DNA of 64,000 bases from Bacteroidales bacterium (GTDB lineage Bacteria > Bacteroidota > Bacteroidia > Bacteroidales > UBA12077): NCBI GenBank assembly GCA_028282585.1, contig JANQHR010000034.1, positions 1 to 64,000 on the forward strand, written 5' to 3'. Positions within the stretch are counted from its first letter, which is position 1. Each line of letters begins with the position of its first letter. Under the pieces are notes generated by a model. It worked only from the letters and a program-made list of their open reading frames with translations, made no database searches and was not told where the DNA came from. Both the position numbers and the translations under genes were made by a program. Of this stretch, positions 38,154 through 49,003 are shown piece after piece.

Positions 38154-38951
38154 ATGAAAATTCAAGGAGCATTACTAAAAATGTCTACAGAATTAAACAA
38201 TCCAGTAGACTATAATTTATTATTAGGTGATGAAAAAGTTTATTTGAATGATTTGGTAGGTAAAGATATTTCCATAAAATACCTGGATGAGATTCATTGT
38301 ATTAGATGCGGTAGAGAAACTAAAAAGTCTTTTCATCAGGGTTATTGTTATCCTTGCTTTAGAACTGCTCCGGAAACAGATGATTGTATATTAAGACCTG
38401 AAATGTGTAGAGCTCATGAAGGCGTTTCAAGAGATATGGAATGGTCAAAAGATCATTGTTTAAAGGATCATATTGTGTATTTAGCAATTTCAAGTGGATT
38501 AAAAGTAGGAATTACAAGAATAGCTCAAGTGCCCACTCGGTGGATTGACCAGGGAGCAAGTTATGCTGTTAAAATTGCTCAGGTTCCGGATAGGTATACG
38601 GCTGGTATTTTAGAAGTAAACCTAAAAAAACATTTTGCGGATAAAACCAATTGGCGCGCTATGCTTACCAATAAGGTAGATAATGAAACCAAGCTATTGG
38701 AGCAAAAAGAAAAGGCAAAGGAAGTTGCCAGAAAAGATCTGATAAAGTATTTTATTGATGATAATGAAATACTGGAAATCAATTATCCGGTGATTAATTA
38801 TCCCGAAAAAGTTAACTCATTTTCTTTTGACAAAGAGGATAATATTGAAGGAAAATTAATGGGAATTAAAGGGCAATATTTAATTTTTGAAGGAGGAAAA
38901 GTCTTAAATGTTCGTAAGCATAATGGGTATGAGGTTGAACTCAGTTACTAA
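38154..38951 (+). CDS. DUF2797-like Zn-ribbon protein
   Basis: CIRCGR, QGYCYPC, HIVYLA..KVGITR..TRWIDQGA; ATG at 38154 preferred. Confidence 0.85.
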   Translation: MKIQGALLKMSTELNNPVDYNLLLGDEKVYLNDLVGKDISIKYLDEIHCIRCGRETKKSFHQGYCYPCFRTAPETDDCILRPEMCRAHEGVSRDMEWSKDHCLKDHIVYLAISSGLKVGITRIAQVPTRWIDQGASYAVKIAQVPDRYTAGILEVNLKKHFADKTNWRAMLTNKVDNETKLLEQKEKAKEVARKDLIKYFIDDNEILEINYPVINYPEKVNSFSFDKEDNIEGKLMGIKGQYLIFEGGKVLNVRKHNGYEVELSY

Positions 38952-38958
38952 TTTGTTA

Positions 38959-39120
38959 GTTTCTAGTTATGAGTTATGAGTTTCGAGTTGCTGGTTATCC
39001 TGCATTATCGTTAACATTTCATGGTCTGCCCTTAGCTATCCGATTTTAAAAATTCATCATTGATATTTATATCTTGATCAGTAACAAGGAACCAAGAACT
39101 AAGAACCGGCAACCGAGAAC
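38959..39120. repeat. Inverted pair of heptamer tandem arrays
   Basis: Six GTTNNNN units (38959-39000) and six NNNNAAC units (39079-39120). Confidence 0.8.
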
Positions 39121-39125
39121 TAAAA

Positions 39126-42100
39126 TCATTCATCATCCATTTCCATCTCCTTTTTTATTTCATTCTGGATATTTTCCAACTGTTTCTTTTTATTTACTTC
39201 GCGAAGTTTTTGTGCGGTTTTAGTAAAATATTGATGGTTCTTTATAAAGTTATATTGCATCTGGTTCCAATCAAGAATTGAATCAATCTTTTTACGTTCA
39301 TGATATTCCTTATACAAATTAATTGATACCGGCACAAAGTCAGTTCTTCCCAAGTAATCCAGGTCAGCATCACACATAATTTGTTCGAGCAGTGATTTAG
39401 GTTGCGGAGGCATTTGAGTTGCCTGTATAATATTGCAAATGGTTTCAATTTGAGGTTCGGTATAATGATATTCGGGCAAAATCTTCTTGGCAAGTTTTAT
39501 ACTTTCTTCTTCATGCGTGTCATAATTAATTAAATGCCCCATATCATGAAAAAGAGCAGCAGTTTTTAACATTAACATTTCTTCATCATTAATTCCTTCC
39601 GATCTTCCAATTAATTCTACCTGTGTTACAACATCGATGGTATGTTTCACATTATGATAGTATAAATTATCAGGTAAACCCTCTTCTAATTTACTCAACA
39701 CAAATTCTTCCACATCATTAATTCGTAAAATTTGCAAATGAGTAAAGAATTCATCATTTGGTAGTTGTCCTTTTAAATCAGACGATAAATTAGGCATGAA
39801 ACCTTCAACAAAATACATGTCGATTTCGCCTTTGTATTTAACAGGCATTTTTCCTCTGTATTGACATATAAAGAAATCCTTAATTAGCATGTATGTGTTT
39901 TCGGTGATGTTAATCTTACCGGGTTCGCCTGAAGCTTCCATTCTACTTGCAGTATTTACAGTACCTCCCCAAATGTCATACGAAATTTTACTTCTACCAA
40001 GAACACCGGCTACTACTGGTCCTGTGTCTATACCGATTCTTAAGTCCCAAATATGAACCTGACTTTTATCTGAAGTTCTTTTTAATTCTTTCATGAAATT
40101 TTGCATCTCAATTGCAGCGAGAACAACCTCTACCGGATTGGTACGGTTCTTTGCGGGGATACCTCCGGCACACATATAAGCATCGCCAATGGTTTTAATT
40201 TTTTCGATGTTGTATTTTTCTACAACGGTATCAAATTGAAGGAAAAAGCGATCCAATTCATCAATCAGAAGTTCCGAATCCATTTGCTCGGATATTTTTG
40301 TAAAGCCCTGAATATCTGAAAAAAGAACGGTCACCATATTGTAGTGATAAGGCCCCGCTTTTCTTCCCGACTTTAACTCTCTGGCGGTATTTTTAGGAAG
40401 AACTCTTTCCAATAAGTTATCAGCTTTTTCTTTTTGTATAACTACTTCTTCTGTTCTTTCATGTATAATATTTTCAAGTTTAAACCTTTCTCTGGCAAAA
40501 TAGTATTCTCTCCATTTTCCAATCAATACAAAAAGTAATATTGCTGATATTATATATATAACAAAGGCAAGCTTAGTTCTAAAAAAAGGTGGTAAAATTG
40601 TAAAACTATAATTTATTTCATCAGAATGTGTTTCAAAAATATTTTTAGCTCTTAATTTGAAATTATATGTGCCCTCAAACAAATTGGTATATTCTTTAAA
40701 ATTTGTTGAGGTCCAATCAGACCAATCGTTATCGAATCCTTCCAATTTAAATTGAAAAGCAATTTGATCTTCACTTTCGTAATTAGGTGCAGAAAACTCA
40801 AACTTAATAGAGTTATTGTTATAAGAAATGTGCGCTTTTTGATCTTCATCTATTTGTTTCAGACCAAATGGTAGCTGATATAATAAAGAATCTTTACCAA
40901 TTGTTATTTTATGAAAAATGGGTGAAAACGGTTTGTTAAATTTAATATCTTGTTTCAAGTCAAGTCGAATTAACCCTTCAAAACCTCCAAACCAAACAAT
41001 ATTATTTTTATCGGGATGAATTGAGGTTATCAGAAAATCTTCCAGCCTATTTAAAGGTAATGGCCTTAAAATCTTTAAAGAATCCTTTTGGAAATTCTTG
41101 ACCATTGTTTTATTCTGTGAGTTTTCCCTGCCTATAATATTTAACCATAAATTCTTCTGATAATCTTCTGCTATTGGAAATACCCAGTGTGTTTGATTTA
41201 TAAAGTCAATACCAATTAATGTATCTTTATAAAATACTTGATTTGATTTATTAAATCGATATATTCCCGAGGAAGTGCTATACAAAATACCTTCGGAGGT
41301 TGCGAAAAGATTTATCCAATCAGGCTTTTTTTCAAAGATTTTCTCATTAGCAAAGTAATTTACTTTTGAGCTTGTTGAGTAGTTATCCAGAGCATCAATT
41401 TGATATAAGCCGTTTTCTTCACTTGATAACCAAATTGTACCATTATTTTCTTCCGCTATACTGACAATTTTTCCTTTGATCTCCGGATGTTTTTTGTCTA
41501 TAATTAATATTCCATTAATAATTCGTACCGCAGAAAATCCGTTGTTATAACCCAGATAAATAAATGAGGGATTTTTTTTGGAACGTTGCACACTTACTAT
41601 CTCATCAGCTTCGCGGTTATAAAATAATTCAGCTACTTTATCTTTTATTTCATAAATTCCCTTTTCACTCGAAACAAATAATTGATCTTTAAATTGATGG
41701 AACTCATAACACAATGACTTAATTTCTTCTATTTTCACAAAATTTGAACAATGTAAACAATCTTGACTAACGAGATTATCCTCAAAGCGATATACTCCTA
41801 AAGTTGTAGCTACATACAGCGTATTGTTAAATCGGATCACAGATTTTACATTTCCTCTAAGCCCATGATTTTTATTAAAATAACTATAAGGAGAAGGAAT
41901 TTCGATTCTGCTAATTCCCTGATCGTGCAATGCCCATAAGTTTCCTTGCTTATCTGAGAAAAGTTCATTTACTGATGAATTAAATAAACCACTGTTTTCA
42001 TTTATTATGGAGATAACTTTTCCCTGTTTGTTAATTATAACAATTCCATCTAAAGCAGTTCCAATTGCATAGTTACCATTGCTAAGTTCTTTGGCTGAAG

Positions 42101-42869
42101 TATATATCGATCGGTCTAAAAAATCATCCGCCTCTGTTGAAAAATAATTAGAAGAAGAATTATCAAAAAGATAAAAGCCTTTTCCTTTTGCTGTTTTAAT
42201 TAATAATTCACCATTATAAGGAAGAATATCTACAATGTCATTTCCATTAAAATTCTTTCCGCCAGGGAGTAGTTGAAACTCACCTCCAACCAGTTGGAAA
42301 AGACCTACACCATACTTTTCTAAATAGATATGTTCATGTACCTTAAATAATTGAAGCTTATCTCCGGATTCAATTTCTTCAATTTTATTTTCTTTACACC
42401 TGAATACTGCCTTACCGTTACAGAAATATATTTCATCTAAAATAGCATATACCTGTTTGATTTGATTAAAAGTTAAACTTTCAGATTTAGTTGAGTCCTT
42501 TAAAGAAATAAAGCCGGGTGCTTTTGAAGGCTGATTTGATATATACCCAAAATCATTATTCCCTCCAACATATATAATTCCTTTGCTGTTAATGTCCATA
42601 CGAGGAACTCCCGGAACTTTTACGATTTCCCAGTTACTTCCGTTGTATTGAATTACACCATTAGTATTACCGATGTATATTATATCATTAAAATCCTGAA
42701 TTATAGAAAAATTATTATTGCTAAAACCGTAGTTGTTTAAAACAATTCTTTGAATATAAGGGCTACCTACATTGTTTTCAAAACTTTTTAAAGGAGAAAA
42801 GACTATTAAAAGTGTAATAAATAGGGAAAAAAAAATGGTATTTTTATCGAAATTTATTTTAAAATACAT
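39126..42869 (-). CDS. Membrane sensor: beta-propeller and Y_Y_Y domain, class III adenylate cyclase and HD domain
   Basis: FKLEGFDNDWS/YTNLFEGTY; LFSDIQGFT, KIKTIGDAYM, YDIWGGTVNTASRME; YHNVKHT, LFHDMG, DADLDYLG. Confidence 0.9.
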   Translation of the reverse strand: MYFKINFDKNTIFFSLFITLLIVFSPLKSFENNVGSPYIQRIVLNNYGFSNNNFSIIQDFNDIIYIGNTNGVIQYNGSNWEIVKVPGVPRMDINSKGIIYVGGNNDFGYISNQPSKAPGFISLKDSTKSESLTFNQIKQVYAILDEIYFCNGKAVFRCKENKIEEIESGDKLQLFKVHEHIYLEKYGVGLFQLVGGEFQLLPGGKNFNGNDIVDILPYNGELLIKTAKGKGFYLFDNSSSNYFSTEADDFLDRSIYTSAKELSNGNYAIGTALDGIVIINKQGKVISIINENSGLFNSSVNELFSDKQGNLWALHDQGISRIEIPSPYSYFNKNHGLRGNVKSVIRFNNTLYVATTLGVYRFEDNLVSQDCLHCSNFVKIEEIKSLCYEFHQFKDQLFVSSEKGIYEIKDKVAELFYNREADEIVSVQRSKKNPSFIYLGYNNGFSAVRIINGILIIDKKHPEIKGKIVSIAEENNGTIWLSSEENGLYQIDALDNYSTSSKVNYFANEKIFEKKPDWINLFATSEGILYSTSSGIYRFNKSNQVFYKDTLIGIDFINQTHWVFPIAEDYQKNLWLNIIGRENSQNKTMVKNFQKDSLKILRPLPLNRLEDFLITSIHPDKNNIVWFGGFEGLIRLDLKQDIKFNKPFSPIFHKITIGKDSLLYQLPFGLKQIDEDQKAHISYNNNSIKFEFSAPNYESEDQIAFQFKLEGFDNDWSDWTSTNFKEYTNLFEGTYNFKLRAKNIFETHSDEINYSFTILPPFFRTKLAFVIYIISAILLFVLIGKWREYYFARERFKLENIIHERTEEVVIQKEKADNLLERVLPKNTARELKSGRKAGPYHYNMVTVLFSDIQGFTKISEQMDSELLIDELDRFFLQFDTVVEKYNIEKIKTIGDAYMCAGGIPAKNRTNPVEVVLAAIEMQNFMKELKRTSDKSQVHIWDLRIGIDTGPVVAGVLGRSKISYDIWGGTVNTASRMEASGEPGKINITENTYMLIKDFFICQYRGKMPVKYKGEIDMYFVEGFMPNLSSDLKGQLPNDEFFTHLQILRINDVEEFVLSKLEEGLPDNLYYHNVKHTIDVVTQVELIGRSEGINDEEMLMLKTAALFHDMGHLINYDTHEEESIKLAKKILPEYHYTEPQIETICNIIQATQMPPQPKSLLEQIMCDADLDYLGRTDFVPVSINLYKEYHERKKIDSILDWNQMQYNFIKNHQYFTKTAQKLREVNKKKQLENIQNEIKKEMEMDDE

Positions 42870-42967
42870 AACTTGGTTTTTGAAAGCAATGCGCCCCTTT
42901 TTATACGTTGTAATTTAGCAAATTTTTTGTATTTAAGAACGTTGATTTATAATAAATCGAACTGTTT

Positions 42968-43798
42968 ATGAAAAACGAGAACCATATAATCTTAATTCCT
43001 TGGGACTTCACCCCAGTTGCAGAATATGCATTACAACATGGATTTAAATTTGCAGAAAAAGCAAAAAGTAAAAAAATATCGCTAATTCATATTATCAAAC
43101 AAGATAAAGAGTATGATGAGGCTTTTGAAAAATTAAACCAGGTAGCCAGAGATAATCAAGGAAAAAATGGTATCGAGGTTGAACCTCTTGTTAGAAAGGG
43201 AAGTATTTTTACTACTATTGGAGAAGTTGCTTCTGAAATTGAATCAGAGTTGGTTATAATGGGAACTCATGGTTTAAGAGGAATGCAAAAGCTAACAGGA
43301 AGTTGGGCCCTAAAAGTAATTGTAAGTTCAAAAGTACCTTTTGTAGTGGTTCAGGAACCACCTAATGAAACCGACATGAAAGACATTGTTTTACCTATTG
43401 ATTTCAAAAAAGAAAACAAGGAAACAATGAGCTATGTTGGTTATTTACATAAGAACTTTACTCCAAAATTTCATATTATAAAACCAAATACCACCGATGT
43501 TGGTTTTATTAAAAGGATTAAAGCCAACATTGCTTTTTCAAGAAAATTTATGGACGGAAAAGGAGTTGATTATGAAATTCATACTGCAGAAGGTAAAAAG
43601 AATTTTCCTTTGGAAATTATGGAATTTGGCAAAAACATAAATGCAGATTTAATTCTGATACTTTCAACAAAAAATATCGGGTTAGCAGATTATGTTTTGG
43701 GAGCACAAGAACAATATATTATTGCAAATAGCTCTAAAATTCCTGTTATGGTCGTTAATCCAAGAGATGATCTTACCGTATGGGAAGGATTTAATTAG
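42968..43798 (+). CDS. Universal stress protein (tandem USP)
   Basis: ILIPWDFT, LVIMGTHG, GSWALKVI, second ILILST domain. Confidence 0.88.
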   Translation: MKNENHIILIPWDFTPVAEYALQHGFKFAEKAKSKKISLIHIIKQDKEYDEAFEKLNQVARDNQGKNGIEVEPLVRKGSIFTTIGEVASEIESELVIMGTHGLRGMQKLTGSWALKVIVSSKVPFVVVQEPPNETDMKDIVLPIDFKKENKETMSYVGYLHKNFTPKFHIIKPNTTDVGFIKRIKANIAFSRKFMDGKGVDYEIHTAEGKKNFPLEIMEFGKNINADLILILSTKNIGLADYVLGAQEQYIIANSSKIPVMVVNPRDDLTVWEGFN

Positions 43799-43825
43799 TA
43801 AGTATATATGATTTAATGATATAAC

Positions 43826-43846
43826 GGATGACATTATTTGTCATCC
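43826..43846 (+). terminator. Probable terminator
   Basis: GGATGACA-TTATT-TGTCATCC followed by a T run. Confidence 0.6.
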
Positions 43847-43863
43847 TATTTTTTTAAGAATTT

Positions 43864-44439
43864 ATGGAATTAGTATTTGCAACAAACAATAAGCATAAGT
43901 TAGAAGAAGTTCAGAAACTGCTTGACGATAATTTCAAATTACTAAGTTTAAGCGATATTTCTTTTAAAGGTGAAATACCAGAAGATTACGAAACACTTAA
44001 GGAAAATGCGCTGCAGAAAGCCCGATTTATTTATGACAGGTTTAAAACTGATTGTTTTGCTGATGATACCGGATTGGAGATTGATTTTCTTAATGGAGCA
44101 CCTGGGGTATACTCTGCACGTTATGCAGGACCGGGATGCACATTCGATGATAATATAAATAAAGTATTGAATGCAATGGGTGATACAGAAAATCGAAAAG
44201 CTCGTTTCAGAACTATTATTGCCTTAATACTAAATGAAAGAGAGTATTTTTTTGAAGGAAAAGTGGATGGTGAGATCCTGAAAGAAAAACAAGGAAATGA
44301 AGGTTTTGGTTACGATCCGGTTTTCAGGCCTTTAGGATATGATCAATCATTTGCAGAAATGAATCTGGAAGAAAAAAATAAAATCAGTCATCGTGGAAGA
44401 GCAACACAAAAGCTTGTAGAGTTTTTATTAAAAAAATAA
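43864..44439 (+). CDS. rdgB: Non-canonical purine NTP pyrophosphatase (RdgB/HAM1)
   Basis: [38 protein letters not shown]. Confidence 0.95.
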   Translation: MELVFATNNKHKLEEVQKLLDDNFKLLSLSDISFKGEIPEDYETLKENALQKARFIYDRFKTDCFADDTGLEIDFLNGAPGVYSARYAGPGCTFDDNINKVLNAMGDTENRKARFRTIIALILNEREYFFEGKVDGEILKEKQGNEGFGYDPVFRPLGYDQSFAEMNLEEKNKISHRGRATQKLVEFLLKK

Positions 44440-44489
44440 TTATGACAATATTTTCTTTCGGATAAGGTTCTATATTAAAATTTTAATAA

Positions 44490-46787
44490 ATGAAAAAACT
44501 GATCTTAATCTTATCATTAATAACTTCAGCGATACTTTCAAAATCTCAAATCGGTGTTGGAGAATGGAGAGATCATCTACCATTTACTTTTTCTGAGTTA
44601 ATAACTGAATCATCAACTAAAATTTATGTAGCTTCTGAAAATGGAATCTTTTCTTACAATAAACAAGATAAAAATGTTGAAAAGCTTACCAAAGTAAACT
44701 TACTTTCAGATGTTGGAATTTCTTCAATCAGGTATTCAGAAGAAAATCAGGTTTTGGCAGTTGGATACTCCAATGGGAATCTGGATTTAATATATGGTAA
44801 TGAAACATTCAATTTATCCGATATTAAGCGGGAGATGATAAGCGGGAGCAAAGTAATAAACGATATTTTGTTTATAAATGAATATGCTTATTTATCATGT
44901 GGATTTGGAATTGTTGTGGTTAATGTTGATAAGCGGGAAATAAAGGACACATATTACATTGGAAATTTAGGAAGTTTAATTCAGGTTAACCAAACGGTAA
45001 TTGATGAAACTTATTTATATGCAGCAACCAATGAAGGGATTTATGTTGCAGATTATACAAATCCAAACCTGAGTGATTATTCCAATTGGCAAAGAATAAC
45101 TGCTATACCAAATTATACTTCATCTTTTAATTCAATTTATGTTAGTGGAGGTGATATTTTAGTAAACCAGGCAGATGGTTCTTTTAATGATGTAATATAT
45201 TCAAATTTAGATGGAAGTTGGGATATTTTTAATAATGAGTTTGAATCAATAAGAAAGATTAAGGAATCAGGTTCTTCAATTGTGATTGTAACCGATAAAA
45301 GTTTACTTAAATATAATAGTAGTTTCATTTTTCAGGATTCAATCGGGAAAAGCACTATTAATTTTTTTGACCCATATGATATGATTGAAAGTACAAATGG
45401 AACGTATTATATTGCTGATCATGGACAAGGATTAATTATTCACAGTTCAAATAATACTGAAATTGTTTTACCAAATGCTCCTTATTTCCCTAATGCTTAT
45501 TCTGTAGAATCAGATAATAACAGAGTTTTAGTAACTGCAGGAGCATTAACTCCTAACTGGAATAACTTTTTTTTGAATGGTGCGGTTTTTTCATTTGAAA
45601 ATGAACGATGGAAATCTATTGTAGATTTTTCAGCAGCAGATTATGTTTCTGTAAAAATCGATCCATATAATAGTAATCATTTCTACATTGGTGCGTGGGG
45701 CAAGGGTGTTTTTGAATATAGAGATGATGTTTTGGAAGAAAATTATCAAAGCGATAATAGTACTTTACGGTCAATAATCGAAGGAGAGAACCTATATCGA
45801 ATCAAGGGATTGGATTTTGATGACAATAATAATCTATGGGTAACCAATTCGGAAGTTGAAAACCCGGTTTCGGTTAAGCAAAGTGGTTGTAGTGGTATTG
45901 ATTGCTGGTATAGCTTTAATTTTGACGAAAAGATAAGTAATATAATAGTCGGTGATATTATAGTTACTCAATCTGACCACAAATGGGTAATGTTGCCTTT
46001 AGGTGGAGGATTATTTGTATTTGATGATAATGGAACCCTTGAGAATGAAAATGATGATTTAACAAAGAAATTTAGCATAGTTGATGAAAATGGAAAAGTA
46101 ATTTCAAATAATGTTTATTCTTTTGCGGAAGATCTTGATGGAAATATTTGGGTTGGCACTGATCAGGGAATAGTGGTTTATTATGTACCGGAAAATGTAT
46201 TTGAATCTTCATTGTTTTATGCGCAAAGAATTGTACTAACTATTGGAGAGGTAACGCAATATTTACTTAATTCGGAAACCATAACATCGATAGCTGTTGA
46301 TGGCGCAAATAGGAAATGGTTAGGAACGCAAAGCTCCGGTGTTTATTTGGTTTCAGAAGATGGCACAGAAGAAATCAATCACTTTACGGAGGATAACAGC
46401 CCATTACTTTCAGATAAGATCAATGATGTAGGAATAAATCATGAAACCGGAGAGGTATTTTTTGCTACAGACAAAGGGTTAATTTCGTATAGAGGCTCTG
46501 CAACTATGGGAAGTGATGAATTTCGAGATGTGTATGTTTATCCGAACCCTGTTCGTGAAAACTACGATGGTGACGTTACAATACGCGGTTTAGTATCAGA
46601 CGTAAATGTAAAAATTACTGATATTAGCGGAAACATTGTTTATGAAACAACAGCAGAGGGTGGTCAGGCAACCTGGGATGGTAAGAACTTTTCGGGTCAG
46701 CGTGTAAGTACAGGCGTTTACCTTGTATTTTGTTCCAATGATGATGGATCAAAAACTTATGTAACAAAATTGCTTTTTATTAAATAA
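44490..46787 (+). CDS. porZ: Type IX secretion system PorZ-like propeller protein
   Basis: IGVGEWRDHL start, propeller repeats, IAVDGANRKWLGT, CTD YVYPNPVR..KLLFIK; adjacent to recO. Confidence 0.88.
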   Translation: MKKLILILSLITSAILSKSQIGVGEWRDHLPFTFSELITESSTKIYVASENGIFSYNKQDKNVEKLTKVNLLSDVGISSIRYSEENQVLAVGYSNGNLDLIYGNETFNLSDIKREMISGSKVINDILFINEYAYLSCGFGIVVVNVDKREIKDTYYIGNLGSLIQVNQTVIDETYLYAATNEGIYVADYTNPNLSDYSNWQRITAIPNYTSSFNSIYVSGGDILVNQADGSFNDVIYSNLDGSWDIFNNEFESIRKIKESGSSIVIVTDKSLLKYNSSFIFQDSIGKSTINFFDPYDMIESTNGTYYIADHGQGLIIHSSNNTEIVLPNAPYFPNAYSVESDNNRVLVTAGALTPNWNNFFLNGAVFSFENERWKSIVDFSAADYVSVKIDPYNSNHFYIGAWGKGVFEYRDDVLEENYQSDNSTLRSIIEGENLYRIKGLDFDDNNNLWVTNSEVENPVSVKQSGCSGIDCWYSFNFDEKISNIIVGDIIVTQSDHKWVMLPLGGGLFVFDDNGTLENENDDLTKKFSIVDENGKVISNNVYSFAEDLDGNIWVGTDQGIVVYYVPENVFESSLFYAQRIVLTIGEVTQYLLNSETITSIAVDGANRKWLGTQSSGVYLVSEDGTEEINHFTEDNSPLLSDKINDVGINHETGEVFFATDKGLISYRGSATMGSDEFRDVYVYPNPVRENYDGDVTIRGLVSDVNVKITDISGNIVYETTAEGGQATWDGKNFSGQRVSTGVYLVFCSNDDGSKTYVTKLLFIK

Positions 46788-46803
46788 AATTACCTTTAAT
46801 TCA

Positions 46804-47529
46804 ATGCTTCATAAAACAAGAGGTATAGTTTTAAATTATATAAAGTATTCCGAATCAAGTTTAATTGTTACCATTTACACCGAACTTTATGGCAGGCAAT
46901 CTTTTATTGTGCAAGGGGTTCGAGGCAAAAAGTCAAAGATTAAGGCAAACCTTTTTCAGCCTTTGTTTTTACTCGATATGGAAGTTTATCATAAACCAAA
47001 AAGAGACTTACAACGAGCAAAAGAAATCCAAAATGCATATATCTTTACCAGTTTACCTTATGATTTAAAAAAAAGTACTTTAGCAATATTTATTGCTGAA
47101 ATATTATATAAAACCATCCAGGAGCAAGAGCCCAATAGTGAATTGTTTAATTATTTATTTAATTCAATCCAATTGCTTGATCTAAAGGAAAAAGGAACTT
47201 CAAATTTTCATATTTACTTTCTAATTCATTTAACAAAATATCTTGGATTCTTTCCAAACAACAACTATTCAGCGATTAACTGTTATTTTGATCTAAAAGC
47301 AGGTAATTTTGTGCAAATAAAACCAATGCATTTTTCAGTGCTTGAAAGAGAAGCTAGTAAGATTTTAAGTCGATTGTTGATATTCTCTGACAATCAGCAT
47401 GAAGAATTAATCATAGATTATAAAATAAGGATTCAACTGTTAGAAAAAATAATAGAGTATTTTACATTACATAATGAGGGGATTTCAGGTATTAAATCGT
47501 TAGAAGTTTTAAAAGAAGTATTTCATTAA
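46804..47529 (+). CDS. recO: DNA repair protein RecO
   Basis: KTRGIVL..KYSESSLIVTIYT..GR, FQPL, FDLKAGNF. Confidence 0.92.
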   Translation: MLHKTRGIVLNYIKYSESSLIVTIYTELYGRQSFIVQGVRGKKSKIKANLFQPLFLLDMEVYHKPKRDLQRAKEIQNAYIFTSLPYDLKKSTLAIFIAEILYKTIQEQEPNSELFNYLFNSIQLLDLKEKGTSNFHIYFLIHLTKYLGFFPNNNYSAINCYFDLKAGNFVQIKPMHFSVLEREASKILSRLLIFSDNQHEELIIDYKIRIQLLEKIIEYFTLHNEGISGIKSLEVLKEVFH

Positions 47530-47755
47530 TCAAGATAATATTAAGTTTAATACGTTGGTTTTGTATGTTAACCAAACTTAAAGTTTAAATTAATCTCCGA
47601 CCAACTAAAACAATATAAATTTACTTAGTTAAAGTATTCAATTACAATTTAGCATAATCATACTAAATGATTGAAAAAATCGTTAGTGCTGATTGAACAC
47701 ACTTTTAAAATAAAGATATTTTTATACATTTGCGTTTCATTTTGAGAAATGAATT

Positions 47756-48895
47756 ATGATAAAAGAGAAGCTGTCTATTATAGGGAAAGATATTTACACT
47801 GTTATTTCAGAGTTGGTACAGGATACTGAAATTATTAATTTAGCAAAAATTTCGCCTCATATACCATGTTCCACAAAGCTAACGGATTTGGCTTCAAAAT
47901 ATATCAAGAAAAAATCTACAGAATATTCTCATCCTGACGGATTATTGGAATTGCGAGAAGCCGTTGCTAATGACCTGGAAAAAAGATACGGTGTACAAAT
48001 TAGTAGTCAAAATGAGATCACAATTACAGCCGGAGCAACCCAGGCAATGTACACTGCTATTAGTAGTTTTGTTAAAGAAGGTGATGAGGTAGTTTTATTT
48101 GAACCAGCTTTTAATAGTTATGTACCTGCAATTCAAAGCAATGGCGGTCGACCTGTTTTTGTTCATCGAAAAAGTCCCGATTATTCAATTGATTGGGAAG
48201 CTGTTCAAAAATTAATTAATACGCGAACTAAACTAATCATTGTAAATACACCTCATAATCCTACTGGTGCTATATTTACTAATGAAGATATTGCTCAACT
48301 AAGGAAAATAACAAATGGAACTAAAATAAATGTTATTAGTGACGAGATATTTGAGCATATGGTTTATGATGGAAGTAAGCATGTAAGTGTACTTTCAAAT
48401 GAACAATTGGCAGAACGAAGTATAGTTATTTCTTCATTCGGAATTTCATTTAATGTTCCGGGATGGAAGATTGGATATTGCGTTGCTTCCGAAGATTTAA
48501 TGGTGAAAATTCGAAAAAATCAACGATTTCAGGTAAATACTGTAAATACTCCTTTACAATATGCGCTTACCGATTATCTTAACGAGTCAGTAGATTATGA
48601 AACCATAAGTAAGCAGTTCGAAGAAAAAAGAAATTTTGTTAATAATATATTAAAAGATTCCAGGTTCGAAATTATTCCTTCAAAGGGAACATTCTATCAG
48701 CTATTAGGTTATAGCCAAATAAGTGAGGAAAAAGACACCGAGTTTGCTCGCAAAATTATGGATGAATATGGAGTAGCATTATTTCCGTTATCAGTATTTT
48801 ATCATGATTCAATTGACCATAAAATTCTGGGATTTAGCTTTGCACGAGATGAGAAGATTTTATCTAAAGCAGCAAAGCAATTGCTTAAAATTTAA
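47756..48895 (+). CDS. Class I/II aminotransferase fold (YbdL-like) lacking the PLP lysine
   Basis: ITAGATQA, VNTPHNPTG, SDEIFE; SSFGISF in place of SSFGKT. Confidence 0.8.
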   Translation: MIKEKLSIIGKDIYTVISELVQDTEIINLAKISPHIPCSTKLTDLASKYIKKKSTEYSHPDGLLELREAVANDLEKRYGVQISSQNEITITAGATQAMYTAISSFVKEGDEVVLFEPAFNSYVPAIQSNGGRPVFVHRKSPDYSIDWEAVQKLINTRTKLIIVNTPHNPTGAIFTNEDIAQLRKITNGTKINVISDEIFEHMVYDGSKHVSVLSNEQLAERSIVISSFGISFNVPGWKIGYCVASEDLMVKIRKNQRFQVNTVNTPLQYALTDYLNESVDYETISKQFEEKRNFVNNILKDSRFEIIPSKGTFYQLLGYSQISEEKDTEFARKIMDEYGVALFPLSVFYHDSIDHKILGFSFARDEKILSKAAKQLLKI

Positions 48896-49003
48896 AAGAA
48901 TTAAAGATTTAATTGGGTTTTTTCCCAGATTTATAATAAAAACCAAATATTGATTATATTTGGTTTTGTGTTTTTATATGTCGGATCCTGAAGAATAAAT
49001 CTA

